Shown piece after piece: positions 28,829 to 38,819 of a stretch of DNA of 64,000 bases. The DNA comes from an uncultured Clostridia bacterium (GTDB taxonomy: Bacteria > Bacillota > Clostridia > TANB77 > CAG-508). Under the pieces are notes generated by a model, which was given only the letters and a program-made list of their open reading frames with translations, searched no databases and was not told the origin of the DNA. The stretch spans positions 2,328 to 66,327 of the forward strand of contig CANQHI010000003.1 in the NCBI GenBank assembly GCA_947623725.1, given 5' to 3'. A program made the translations under genes and the position numbers. Every line of letters starts with the position of its first letter. The first letter of the stretch is position 1.

Positions 28829-29581
28829 TTAATTATTTTTTATGTCTTTTGATTCGATTAAAAGCTCATCAAAGTCAGAAATATATTTTTTGTCTTGCAC
28901 AACTCTATATTTCTTATATTCATCTAAGGCTAACTTATCTGCTATTTCTCTTTTTATTTTACCATTATCCTTTAAAATATTGTACTCGTTTATTTTTAAA
29001 AATACTTCTAATTTTTCTTTCCATTCTTTCATTGAAATAATTTTGCCTAATTTTACTTGTCTTTCTGCATAGTCTAAATACATTGAAACTAGATTATTTA
29101 ATTCTTCTATTTCTTCTTTGTCTAGATAATTTTTTGCAATAGTTACATCTGTTTTAAGTATTTTTCCATTTGGTCCATTTTTTAATAGCTCACTATTTAA
29201 TACAAAGCCTTTTTTTATATACTCTTTTAATGTTTTAGTTGCCCATATTCTAAAATCTGTTGCTTCTTTTGAGTTTACTCTATAACCAACTGCTATTATT
29301 GCATCTAAGCTATAAAATGTGATTTGTCTTGAAACCTTTCTATTTCCTTCGTTTTGAACTACTCTAATTTTTTGAATAGTTCGATTTTCTTCTAATTCTC
29401 CAGTTTTAAATATATTTTGTAAATGATAAGTAATGTTATTTTCTGCAACATTAAATAGTTCTCCCATAGATTTTTGTGTTAACCAAAAATCTTCATCATT
29501 ATATAAAACTTCTACTGATATGTTTTCATTGTTTTGACTTTGATATATGATTAAATCTTTTAAGTTTTCTACATTGTTCAA
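28829..29581 (-). CDS. RhuM-family protein (short form)
   Basis: WLTQKSMGELFNV..NITYHLQNIFKTGEL, FYSLDAIIAVGYRVNSKEATDFRIWATKTLKEYIKKGF, and the C-terminal IAKNYL..EEIEELN.LVSMYLDYAE. At 250 aa it lacks a central segment I expect in typical RhuM proteins. Confidence 0.75.
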   Translation of the reverse strand: MNNVENLKDLIIYQSQNNENISVEVLYNDEDFWLTQKSMGELFNVAENNITYHLQNIFKTGELEENRTIQKIRVVQNEGNRKVSRQITFYSLDAIIAVGYRVNSKEATDFRIWATKTLKEYIKKGFVLNSELLKNGPNGKILKTDVTIAKNYLDKEEIEELNNLVSMYLDYAERQVKLGKIISMKEWKEKLEVFLKINEYNILKDNGKIKREIADKLALDEYKKYRVVQDKKYISDFDELLIESKDIKNN

Positions 29582-29626
29582 TAAACATTCCTCCTTTTCA
29601 ACTTTTAAGTATTTCTTAACAATTAA

Positions 29627-32407
29627 TTATTGTTCTTTTACATATTCTTGTTCTTTCATTTTTGTTTTTTCTATACTTTTAATCAGCTGTACTTGTTCGT
29701 TAATTTCTCCAGTTCTTGTTGTTTCTTTTGTTAATTCTACTGTTTCTTGAATTAACCCTTTTGTTCTATCTTTTGCTCTAAATATTAATTCTGTTCTTTT
29801 GTCTAAATCACTAACAGCATCTTTTATTTTAAATACTTCAATATCTCTCTTCGTTTCACTTTTGCCTTTTTCCATATAAAACATTTGAGTCCAATCGCTT
29901 AGCCCCTTAATACCTCTCTCATCCCATATAGATTTCCACAATTCATCGCTAAAATATTGTCCATTTCCTTTAAAATTATTTCCAAATTTCTGTACTATTG
30001 CTTGTAAAGTTTTATTATCTCTCGTCTCAGCATATTCATCTGCCATCATTTGTATCTTTTGCATTTCTGCTTCAGCACATTTTTGTTTGTCTACTATAAC
30101 TATAGGTATATTAAAGTCTTCAGCTGCTTTTAAGCTATTTTGCCATATTTTTTTATCTTCCTGCTCATTTCCTGTTTTTATAAAAACAACATAGCTTGGT
30201 TGTTTTCTTGTTCCATCTTTATTGTTTCTATTAAATAGCATCTCATTGTAATTTCCTTGAAGACACCCTTCTGATTCATTTATCATTGTGTTCTCTGTTA
30301 AAAATTTTACTTCTCTTTTAGCAATCGGTCTGAATCTAGCTGCATCTGAACTCATATCTTTAGGACTTGCTGCCATTAATGTCCCTCTATCATAATCTGT
30401 AAATCCATACACCACATTCTTAATATGTGCTGTCGCAAGCATATCATTTCTTATATAACTAGTACAAAATCCTTGTGAAGCTATTTGTGGTCTATTCCAA
30501 TCTTCTCTATACTCTTCTCTTTCATTATTAGTATGATAAGCTCCAATTGATGATAAAGATATGCTAAATTCTGTTCCTGCATCATACACTTTCACCTCTC
30601 CATTTTCTGTCTTTGTAACACCTAGAAAGTTCTTTTCATCAGTTTTAAAGAGTTTCTTATTATACGTCTCTAAATATGCATCATTTAACCCTTCTGCTAT
30701 TCTATCAAGATTTTCCATCTCCATTTTAGGCATAGTTTTACTATCCTCATATATTTGTCTTAAAATATCTAAATCGTCGGTTTCTAATATAGTTCTTAAG
30801 CTGTAAATATATTTTACAAACTGTTCATTTTGCTCAGTTATTTCAAGATTATTGATGTCCATTGCATACTGTTCTACCAATTTTTTAGCATCTGTTAACG
30901 ATTGTCCATAAACGCTCATTAAAACTGCGAACTTAACCCTCTCATCATCTTTCATTTCCATTATTTTTTGATATTGTTTTAATTGTTCCTGAGAAGTTTT
31001 ATTTATAATATTGTCTAATACGCTTCGTTCAATTTCTTCATACTTATCTACTTCTTCCAAATTAGATATATTAAAATAGTTCTTTTTACTTAGTATTTTA
31101 CATACTTGTTCAAGTTGTTCTTCTGATAGCTTCTTTTTGCTTATATCATTAGATAAGTCTTTATATTCTTCACTATATAAATTATTAACAATTTTATCTG
31201 TAATACTAATCCAATCTATATCTTTTTCATCATAAATTTTTAATGTCTTAAAAAGGACTTGTAATGAGTTGTCATCTAGCTCACATATTCTTTCTTGTAT
31301 ATCTGGATAACAAGTAATTAATGATAATTTTTCATTCAAATTAGAGTATTTTTTATCTAATATTTTATATTTGATAGTTCTTAGCAAATCATTATTTTTT
31401 TTGTATAAATCTTTTACTGCTAATTGTTGATTTTTATCCAACGAATAAGTATTTGCTATAATTTCTAATATCTGATCATCTAATGACGCATATTTTAATA
31501 AAGTTTTAACATCGTCACATTTTGAATTTTCTTTTATAAATGATGTAACACTATTTGTACTAATAGTCTCTAAAACCATATTTTTATAAACATCACTTTG
31601 CAATGTGCTTAATAAATCTAATTTTGCATTTTCATCTTGCATACTTTCTATAATTAGGCCTCTTGCTCTATCATCTTTAATTTCTTTGAGGAAATCAGCT
31701 TTTTGTTCCTCATAGTCTGGAGATAAAGAACTTATTATACTAGCTTTATCAATATCACTGTCTAATTTATCTATAGCTTTTATCCTGATATTTTCATGTA
31801 GTCTTGGGATAATATCCATTTTTGTCACAATATAGTCTAATGCTTCTAAAACATATGATTCTTCCATACCTAATATAATTTTGCTTTTAAATGCATCATC
31901 AAATATAGAGAATTCATTCATAGGCCATTTTCTTAAGAACGCAATTTTTTGCTCATCTGTTTCTAATCTTTCCATTATTACATTTAATGTTGGAGAATTC
32001 ATTTGAAAGGTTCTTTCATCACTATTTAATTTTAAAAACTGTTGCATCAAAATATCTGAATTTTTTATATTAATTAATGCTCTCATTTTTAAATCATCAT
32101 TAGGTAATTGGCTAATTAATTCAGCAATTTTCATATCATCTACATTTTTTAAACTACCTAATATTCTCAATTTTAAATAATCAACATTAATTTTACTGAA
32201 ATATTTAATTTTATTTTCATCACTGTCATTTAAAATGCTTGCTGTTATATCTTCTAAAATATGAGTGATTTCTTCTTTTTCCTGTTCTACACCTGTTTGA
32301 TTTAATACCTCCATATAATGCTTATATAATTCCTGCTTTTTTTCTATGCTTCCAATAGATAAATACAATTTTAATTTAAACTGTTTGACCACACCTATAT
32401 TTTTCAT
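29627..32407 (-). CDS. large hypothetical protein: helical-repeat N-terminal ~560 aa plus globular C-terminal domain of unknown function
   Basis: 926-aa uninterrupted ORF. No P-loop, TM helix or signal peptide seen. The C-terminal domain (about residues 600-775, nt 30083-30610) contains AYH625TNN, CTSY651I and GNYNE722MLF....QPSYVVF. Confidence 0.7.
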   Translation of the reverse strand: MKNIGVVKQFKLKLYLSIGSIEKKQELYKHYMEVLNQTGVEQEKEEITHILEDITASILNDSDENKIKYFSKINVDYLKLRILGSLKNVDDMKIAELISQLPNDDLKMRALINIKNSDILMQQFLKLNSDERTFQMNSPTLNVIMERLETDEQKIAFLRKWPMNEFSIFDDAFKSKIILGMEESYVLEALDYIVTKMDIIPRLHENIRIKAIDKLDSDIDKASIISSLSPDYEEQKADFLKEIKDDRARGLIIESMQDENAKLDLLSTLQSDVYKNMVLETISTNSVTSFIKENSKCDDVKTLLKYASLDDQILEIIANTYSLDKNQQLAVKDLYKKNNDLLRTIKYKILDKKYSNLNEKLSLITCYPDIQERICELDDNSLQVLFKTLKIYDEKDIDWISITDKIVNNLYSEEYKDLSNDISKKKLSEEQLEQVCKILSKKNYFNISNLEEVDKYEEIERSVLDNIINKTSQEQLKQYQKIMEMKDDERVKFAVLMSVYGQSLTDAKKLVEQYAMDINNLEITEQNEQFVKYIYSLRTILETDDLDILRQIYEDSKTMPKMEMENLDRIAEGLNDAYLETYNKKLFKTDEKNFLGVTKTENGEVKVYDAGTEFSISLSSIGAYHTNNEREEYREDWNRPQIASQGFCTSYIRNDMLATAHIKNVVYGFTDYDRGTLMAASPKDMSSDAARFRPIAKREVKFLTENTMINESEGCLQGNYNEMLFNRNNKDGTRKQPSYVVFIKTGNEQEDKKIWQNSLKAAEDFNIPIVIVDKQKCAEAEMQKIQMMADEYAETRDNKTLQAIVQKFGNNFKGNGQYFSDELWKSIWDERGIKGLSDWTQMFYMEKGKSETKRDIEVFKIKDAVSDLDKRTELIFRAKDRTKGLIQETVELTKETTRTGEINEQVQLIKSIEKTKMKEQEYVKEQ

Positions 32408-32472
32408 GTTTACTCCTTAAGATATTATTTTCTATATAAATCTTTTTACATTGTCATGTGAATCATAATGCT

Positions 32473-32931
32473 TTATCTTATATGTAAAATCTTTAATATT
32501 TCATTTAAAATTCTTTTAAATATTGGCTCTTTATATTCTATCATTTGCATACTTTCTTTTGTTTTATTATTGGTTTGTAATATGGATTTTTCTTTCTTGA
32601 ATATATCATTAGGGTTATACTTTTCATATAACATATCTTGATACTTTTTTTCATTTTGAGCATAAATTTCCTGTAATCTCCTTTTTTCTTCTTTATCTTT
32701 GCACCAATACTGTAAATTAAGTAATGCAATAATAGCTAAAGTTTCTTCTTTTAAATTTTGGTCTTTTATTGGAATATCTTTATCAATAATTTTAAAATAA
32801 TCTTTGTCTTTTTCTTCTTTAAAGAATTCTCTTAATTTTTTTGGAATTTCATTTTTTTGTTTTTCACTTAATAATTCTAAAAACTCATCTATTTCTGCAT
32901 ATGCTTGTCTTGTTTTTATTGATATACTCAT
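32473..32931 (-). CDS. hypothetical protein (152 aa), helical
   Basis: ORF directly upstream of the 926-aa gene. IPKKLREFF...ETLAIIALLNLQYW resembles C-terminal modules seen attached to XRE-type regulators, but no HTH is present here. Confidence 0.55.
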   Translation of the reverse strand: MSISIKTRQAYAEIDEFLELLSEKQKNEIPKKLREFFKEEKDKDYFKIIDKDIPIKDQNLKEETLAIIALLNLQYWCKDKEEKRRLQEIYAQNEKKYQDMLYEKYNPNDIFKKEKSILQTNNKTKESMQMIEYKEPIFKRILNEILKILHIR

Positions 32932-33044
32932 ATTTAAACCTCATTAATTATATTTTTCCTATGTAAATTACCTATTCTTGGTGTGTGTCGATAAATAGTT
33001 TATTCCTATATTGCTTCATTATTCAAATGACTTCTACTGTAAGA

Positions 33045-33605
33045 TTATACTTTATTGTGTCGTAAATATCTTTCCTCCTCCGAAAAAATACAGCCACAAT
33101 ATTTTTGCATATATAGTCCTAGTTCTTTTGCCTTCTTTTTTCCTTCCCAAAATCCTTCTCTAAAATCTCTATAAACAAACTCAATTCCATATTTTTTACT
33201 TAAATTTTCCATATAAGATTTTATAAAATCATGTTTTTGATAAATACTATAAAGAAGTGTTGTTGAAACAGCATCATATCCATTTTCTTTTGCATATTCA
33301 AATGTTTTTATAAATCTTACTGGATAGCAATAATTTATACATCTTGCATTTAAATCTTTTACCGCTTCTTTACAAAATTCATCTAAGCCATAATTGTCAT
33401 CAATTATGGCATTTACATTTATATTTTTTGCATATTCTATTAAGCAATCTCTCCTTGCTTTATATTCTGTATAAGGATGAATATTTGGATTAAACCAAAA
33501 TAACGTAGGTTCTATTCCTTCCTCTCTTAACTTGTCTATACAATATACACTACAAGGTGCACAACAAGTATGTAATAATAATTTCATTTTATCTTGTTTT
33601 ATCAA
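33045..33605 (-). CDS. queH: epoxyqueuosine reductase QueH (DUF208)
   Basis: LLLHTCCAPCS near the N-terminus and YCGCIFSE near the C-terminus. 186 aa. Confidence 0.88.
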   Translation of the reverse strand: MIKQDKMKLLLHTCCAPCSVYCIDKLREEGIEPTLFWFNPNIHPYTEYKARRDCLIEYAKNINVNAIIDDNYGLDEFCKEAVKDLNARCINYCYPVRFIKTFEYAKENGYDAVSTTLLYSIYQKHDFIKSYMENLSKKYGIEFVYRDFREGFWEGKKKAKELGLYMQKYCGCIFSEEERYLRHNKV

Positions 33606-33660
33606 TTATATAGAAATATTAATCTATTTAATTGATTAATTCCCTTCTTTTATATTTTAA

Positions 33661-35517
33661 TTAATCTTCTTGATTGTTATATTTTAAAATTCCTCCAAAT
33701 TCGTTTTCATAAACAAGTTCTGCATTCTCCCATAATTTATCTTTTTCTTGTATGTAAAAATTTCCATTATTAAAGTAAAGAACATAATCTACCTTTCCTG
33801 CTTTTTCGCCTACAGACATTGCCTTCTTTTCTAAGCAGACCTGTCCACTATCAGGAATATCTTTATTTATTATTCTTGTTAAAGAGTATGTCCAAAAAAC
33901 TTGCTCGAAACTTCCTGCAACTTCTACTTTTGCTTCCTCTGGAATATTATCCTTTACATATTTAATAAGTTCTATTTCTTCTTTTGTTACATCTTTTGAT
34001 GGTAGTTGTAATATTGTCTTATTAGCTCCATAAATATCTGCTACTTGCCAAAATCTCTCACCTTTATCTATTATTCCAGGAGAAATATTTGTATTAAAGA
34101 ATATTAGTGTAATTAGTATAGCTAATATATATACTCCTAAATATATACTTGGTAAAACTTTACCTTCTTTATTAGCTACTATCAAGCCACCTTTAAAACT
34201 TAAATAATAAAGTAATACCCATAATGCATAATAGTTCTTATTTAAGTAATACATTGATACTTTTCCAAAGTTATATCCTATAAATAATAATACTATGTAA
34301 AAAATTGTAAAAATTGCTATTAATGACTGACCTTTATTCTCTTTCCAACCTTTAAATATTGCTATAATTGTAAATGGTAACAACATTATCATATTTGAAA
34401 ATAAATTAACGTATATATATCCATAAGCTTTTAATCCTTTTCCAATTATATTTTCTTGTTGTTCTATTGCATTAGAAATATTTAATTTTTTATTGATAAT
34501 TACCCCATATACTTCTGGTGTAATATGATAAATATATCCAAAGAAAAATGGCATTAACAATGACACAAATAATAATATAAATAATTTTTTAGAAAATATT
34601 TTTTTATTTTTCTTATAATTGTCAATGCAGAAATATATCCATAATCCACTATATACATAGGGAACAAACATAAAATATGAAGCAAATAATCCATAATTCA
34701 ATAAGAAGAAAACTAGTACATTATGTTTAAATCCTATTTCTTCATTTTGGTAAACATCTATAGATGCAATTATTGCTGTTAAAACCAATATTCCCATACT
34801 TAGATATTCAAAACCAAATAACATACTGTCTGCTGGGTATCCCATTAAATACAATAATGAAACTACAAATGCAAAAAGTTTTCCCCAGTTACTTTTTGTA
34901 AATCTCGAAATCGTACTATAAAAAAGCCATCCAGTTAAGAATAAAGTAAATATTCCAAATAAAATGAAAATAATATAATTATTAAATGGATCGATTATCT
35001 TCTGCAAGCATTTCATAATTAATCCAGAATTTACATATGATACTGTTTTTCTTGTCGAAAGTCTTCCGAATACAGTATCTTTTTTTCCTCCTGGAAGTAA
35101 TGAATTTCCCTCTGCAAACATTTCAGATGTTAAATAATGTGCAGATGAATCTCCTGATTGATATTTTAATTCAAATGGAAATCCAAAATTAAGATATGAA
35201 ACTATTGCAACTGCAATTCCTAAAAGAATAATATATATTAAGTCAATTAACTTAAAATTAAATTGTTGTATCTTTTTAGTTTTTACAATATATATTATCA
35301 TTAGTGAACTAAAGAATAAATTTATTCCACTTAATCCTAAAAGATTCAATGGAATACAAAAAAATGTTGTCACATAATAAACAAAAGCATTATAACAAAA
35401 ATAAATTACTATATTTAGCGCAATTTGTTTTAATATATCTACTTTCTTTTCATTTTTCTTTATTAATAAATAACTCACAAAAAGAGTTATCGATGATAAA
35501 ATATATACTACTTCCAT
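33661..35517 (-). CDS. polytopic integral membrane protein (12 or more predicted helices) with C-terminal soluble domain
   Basis: Long hydrophobic ORF. I prefer the ATG at 35517 (MEVVYIL) behind GAGGTGGG. The ORF-track start at 35562 adds 15 codons. Confidence 0.65.
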   Translation of the reverse strand: MEVVYILSSITLFVSYLLIKKNEKKVDILKQIALNIVIYFCYNAFVYYVTTFFCIPLNLLGLSGINLFFSSLMIIYIVKTKKIQQFNFKLIDLIYIILLGIAVAIVSYLNFGFPFELKYQSGDSSAHYLTSEMFAEGNSLLPGGKKDTVFGRLSTRKTVSYVNSGLIMKCLQKIIDPFNNYIIFILFGIFTLFLTGWLFYSTISRFTKSNWGKLFAFVVSLLYLMGYPADSMLFGFEYLSMGILVLTAIIASIDVYQNEEIGFKHNVLVFFLLNYGLFASYFMFVPYVYSGLWIYFCIDNYKKNKKIFSKKLFILLFVSLLMPFFFGYIYHITPEVYGVIINKKLNISNAIEQQENIIGKGLKAYGYIYVNLFSNMIMLLPFTIIAIFKGWKENKGQSLIAIFTIFYIVLLFIGYNFGKVSMYYLNKNYYALWVLLYYLSFKGGLIVANKEGKVLPSIYLGVYILAILITLIFFNTNISPGIIDKGERFWQVADIYGANKTILQLPSKDVTKEEIELIKYVKDNIPEEAKVEVAGSFEQVFWTYSLTRIINKDIPDSGQVCLEKKAMSVGEKAGKVDYVLYFNNGNFYIQEKDKLWENAELVYENEFGGILKYNNQED

Positions 35518-35626
35518 ATTGTTTTCCCACCTCAATAATTTTATAGTACAAATTTTTTTCAAAATTTCAACTTTTTATATTTTTAATTTCTAAATTTTTA
35601 TACTTTATATTTTTTATTTTGTTTTT

Positions 35627-36628
35627 TTACATATCAATTCCTAAATGCTTATATGCTGCTGGAAGTGCAATTCTTCCCCTTGTTGTCCTTGCCACAAATC
35701 CTATTTGAATTAAATATGGCTCATACACATCTTCTATTGTTGATACTTCCTCTCCAAGTGTAGTTGCTAATGCATCAACTCCAACAGGTCTACCTTGATA
35801 TTTATTTATCAATGTATCTAGTAATCTTTTATCTATTGCATCTAGTCCTATTTCATCTATGTCTAATTTATTTAATGAAATCCTTGCTATTTCTAATGTG
35901 ATTTTTCCATCTCCTAAAACTGATGCATAATCTCTTACTCTTTTTAATAATCTATTTGCGATTCTTGGTGTTCCTCTTGATCTTTTCGCAATTTCAACTG
36001 CTGCCGTTTCATCTATATCTATATTTAAAATATTTGCTGATCTATTTACTATTGTTGTTAAATCTTCTGTATCATAAAGTTCTAGCCTTTCTACAATTCC
36101 AAATCTATCTCTAAGTGGTGTAGTGAGTGAACCTGCTTTTGTAGTTGCCCCAATTAATGTAAACTTTGGAAGATCTAAACGGATTGATTTTGCCGTTGGT
36201 CCTTTTCCTATAATAATATCTAATGTATAATCTTCTAATGCCGGATATAAAATTTCTTCTACATTTTTATTTAATCTATGTATTTCATCTATAAAAAGCA
36301 CATCAAATTGAGAAAGATTTGTAAGTAATGCTGCTAAATCTCCTGCTTTTTCTATCGCTGGTCCCGATGTTATTTTTATATTTGATTCCATCTCATTTGA
36401 AATAATATTTGCAAGAGTTGTTTTTCCAAGTCCTGGAGGGCCATATAATAAAACATGGTCGAGAGGTTCTCCTCTTTTTTTTGCTGCTTCTATATATACT
36501 TTCATATTTTCTTTTACTTTGGTTTGTCCAATATATTCGCTTAATTTCTGCGGTCTTAATACATTTTCTTGCTTTTCTTCTATACTATTTTCTATATTTG
36601 GATTAATTAAGTTTCTATTTTCTTCCAT
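35627..36628 (-). CDS. ruvB: Holliday junction branch-migration ATPase RuvB
   Basis: [30 protein letters not shown] and [12 protein letters not shown]. No ruvA is adjacent. Confidence 0.97.
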   Translation of the reverse strand: MEENRNLINPNIENSIEEKQENVLRPQKLSEYIGQTKVKENMKVYIEAAKKRGEPLDHVLLYGPPGLGKTTLANIISNEMESNIKITSGPAIEKAGDLAALLTNLSQFDVLFIDEIHRLNKNVEEILYPALEDYTLDIIIGKGPTAKSIRLDLPKFTLIGATTKAGSLTTPLRDRFGIVERLELYDTEDLTTIVNRSANILNIDIDETAAVEIAKRSRGTPRIANRLLKRVRDYASVLGDGKITLEIARISLNKLDIDEIGLDAIDKRLLDTLINKYQGRPVGVDALATTLGEEVSTIEDVYEPYLIQIGFVARTTRGRIALPAAYKHLGIDM

Positions 36629-36700
36629 AGATAAATCCCTTTCTATAGCATTTTATGTTCTTATCACAATATATTTTAATTATAGCAAAAACTACAACTT

Positions 36701-37810
36701 TTATTTATTTTTCTCTTCTAAAAGTCTTTCTTTTTCTTTATTTTGCTTTAATATTTCTCTATTATATTTTCTTATTTCTTTACTTCCAACCGCTAACATA
36801 ACCGCAGTTAATAATATAAGTGATAAAGCTTTCCATATTCCATCATTAATAAGTATCAATGTAAATAATCCTATTGATGCACTTAAACAATATAAAATAT
36901 AAACAGCTTGTTTTTGAGTATATCCCATTTTCATTATTCTATGATGTAAGTGCCCTCTATCTGCGCTGAATACCGCCTTTAGTGATTTTCCTTTTATCAA
37001 TCTTCTAATTATTGCAAAAAGTGTATCAAATATTGGCAATCCTAATACTAAAACTGGTGCAATTAAAACTACTAAAGTTACTGTTTTAGCTACTCCTAAT
37101 ATTGCAATTACAGATAATGAAAATCCCAAAAATTGTGCTCCAACATCTCCTATAAATGTTTTTGCTGGATTTGCATTATATGGCAAAAATCCTAAAATTG
37201 AACCTGCTAATGCTGTAATCAATACTATTGATATTACTGGTGAATTATTTGTTGCAAATATCAGCAATAAGAATATACATGATATTAAGGTTATTCCTGA
37301 TGATAAACCATCTAATCCATCAATCAAATTAATTGCATTTGTAATTCCTATTATCCATCCAACGGTTAAAATAAAACTTATAGGTTCTGGCAATATAACT
37401 CCATTTATTTCATCAATTCTTATTCCAAAACTAAATATTATTATTGCAGATACAATTTGTGCAATTAATTTTTGAATTGGTTTTAAATTTTTTATATCAT
37501 CTATTAATGCAAATATTCCTAAAAATATAATTCCTATCAAAAATCCGATTAATTTTACTTTATAATTTTCAGTGTCATTTAAGTCTAATTTTCCCTCTAT
37601 CGACATACTTATAACTAAATAGATTGCAGACACTAAAAAGCCTGTTATTACTGCTAGTCCACCTATTCTTGGAATTGGCTTCTTATTTACTCTCCTGTCA
37701 CTTGGATAATCTATTGCACCAACTTTTTTTGCTAACTTTATTGTATATGGTGTTACTACAAAGGCTGTTATTGTTGCCAATAAAAATGCTATTGCAATAT
37801 CCCCCCACAT
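36701..37810 (-). CDS. polyprenyl-phosphate N-acetylhexosamine-1-phosphate transferase (MraY/WecA/TagO family)
   Basis: Multi-TM, 369 aa. NAINLIDGLDGL motif, PIPRIGG and HLHHR. Confidence 0.85.
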   Translation of the reverse strand: MWGDIAIAFLLATITAFVVTPYTIKLAKKVGAIDYPSDRRVNKKPIPRIGGLAVITGFLVSAIYLVISMSIEGKLDLNDTENYKVKLIGFLIGIIFLGIFALIDDIKNLKPIQKLIAQIVSAIIIFSFGIRIDEINGVILPEPISFILTVGWIIGITNAINLIDGLDGLSSGITLISCIFLLLIFATNNSPVISIVLITALAGSILGFLPYNANPAKTFIGDVGAQFLGFSLSVIAILGVAKTVTLVVLIAPVLVLGLPIFDTLFAIIRRLIKGKSLKAVFSADRGHLHHRIMKMGYTQKQAVYILYCLSASIGLFTLILINDGIWKALSLILLTAVMLAVGSKEIRKYNREILKQNKEKERLLEEKNK

Positions 37811-37831
37811 AGGCTTGCCTCCTTCAATTTA

Positions 37832-38800
37832 TTACAATTCATTCATTTCTTTTTTTTCATTATACTCATTTACTAAATATAATGGTCTATTTTTAGTTTC
37901 ATTAAATATTCTTCCTAAGTATTCTCCAACAATTCCAAATAAAAGTATTTGAATTCCTGAAAAGAATAATATCAACAAAATTATTGCTTGATACGCTTGA
38001 ATTATAATACCTGTAATACAACATTTTACAATAACATATATGAAATATACAAATAGTGCAATGAATGTTGGTATTGCTATATAAGTAGATATTCTTAGTG
38101 GCGATGTTGTAAATGATGTTATTCCATCTATTGCAAGATTGACTAATTTCATATAATTCCACTTTGTTCTTCCTGCAACTCTTGGATCTCTATCATATAA
38201 TATAGCTTTCTTTTTATATCCTATCCAGCTAAACATACTTTTTGAGCATCTTTGTGATTCTCTTAATTTTTTTAAAGCATTTACACATCTTCTATCTAGA
38301 AGTCTAAAATCACCTGTGTCTTTTTGTATTTCGACATTTGTTAATGTTTGTAATATTCTATAGTATAGCTTTGATGTAAATTTCTTTAAAAAAGTTTCTC
38401 CTTTTCTTGATTTTCTTTGTGCATATACATCATCATATCCTTCTTCCCAGTATTTTAGCATTTCTGGAATAAGTTCTGGAGGATCTTGAAGGTCTGCGTC
38501 CATCAATATTACGCAATCTCCAGTCGCATAATCAAGACCTGCTATCATTGCTATTTCTTTTCCAAAATTTCTTGAAAAATCTACATAAGAAATCCTTTTA
38601 TCTTCTTTTCTATATTGTTTTATTAATTCTAAAGTTTTATCTTTAGAACCATCATTCACAAAAAGAATCTCAAATTCATATTGTTTCATTTCTTTTATCA
38701 ACTTTTCTAATCTTTCGTATAAAAATGGTAATGACTCTTGTTCATTATAAGCTGGTATAATTATAGTAACTTTTTTCACTTTAGTAATACTCCTTCCCAC
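37832..38800 (-). CDS. GtrB/CsbB-like GT2 polyprenol-phosphate glycosyltransferase
   Basis: IIIPAYNEQESL, VNDGSKDKT, MDADLQDPPELI and two C-terminal TM helices. Confidence 0.85.
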   Translation of the reverse strand: MGRSITKVKKVTIIIPAYNEQESLPFLYERLEKLIKEMKQYEFEILFVNDGSKDKTLELIKQYRKEDKRISYVDFSRNFGKEIAMIAGLDYATGDCVILMDADLQDPPELIPEMLKYWEEGYDDVYAQRKSRKGETFLKKFTSKLYYRILQTLTNVEIQKDTGDFRLLDRRCVNALKKLRESQRCSKSMFSWIGYKKKAILYDRDPRVAGRTKWNYMKLVNLAIDGITSFTTSPLRISTYIAIPTFIALFVYFIYVIVKCCITGIIIQAYQAIILLILFFSGIQILLFGIVGEYLGRIFNETKNRPLYLVNEYNEKKEMNEL

Positions 38801-38819
38801 AGTATATTTTTATATACCA

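Larger units (their letters stand above)
28735..32996. mobile_element. candidate inserted cassette bounded by inverted 15-nt repeats (no recombinase inside)
   Basis: ATTTATCGACACACA at 28735-28749 and its exact reverse complement at 32982-32996. These are the only C/G-rich strings in either AT-rich spacer. They bracket exactly three genes, between the HD-domain gene and queH. Confidence 0.3.

Noticed and set aside
33606-33660. A preQ1 riboswitch upstream of queH.
   Set aside because: The spacer is only 55 nt, AT-rich, and has no stem-loop or ACCC/CUA-type elements resembling preQ1 aptamers.
37902-38162. Same-strand nested ORFs (37902-38162 inside the GtrB-like gene, 32541-32729 inside the 152-aa gene, 17578-17880 inside the 180-aa gene, 9416-9622 and 46877-47092 across gene ends).
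   Set aside because: These are alternative frames of better-supported genes or AT-rich spacers, with no independent start signals or recognisable motifs.
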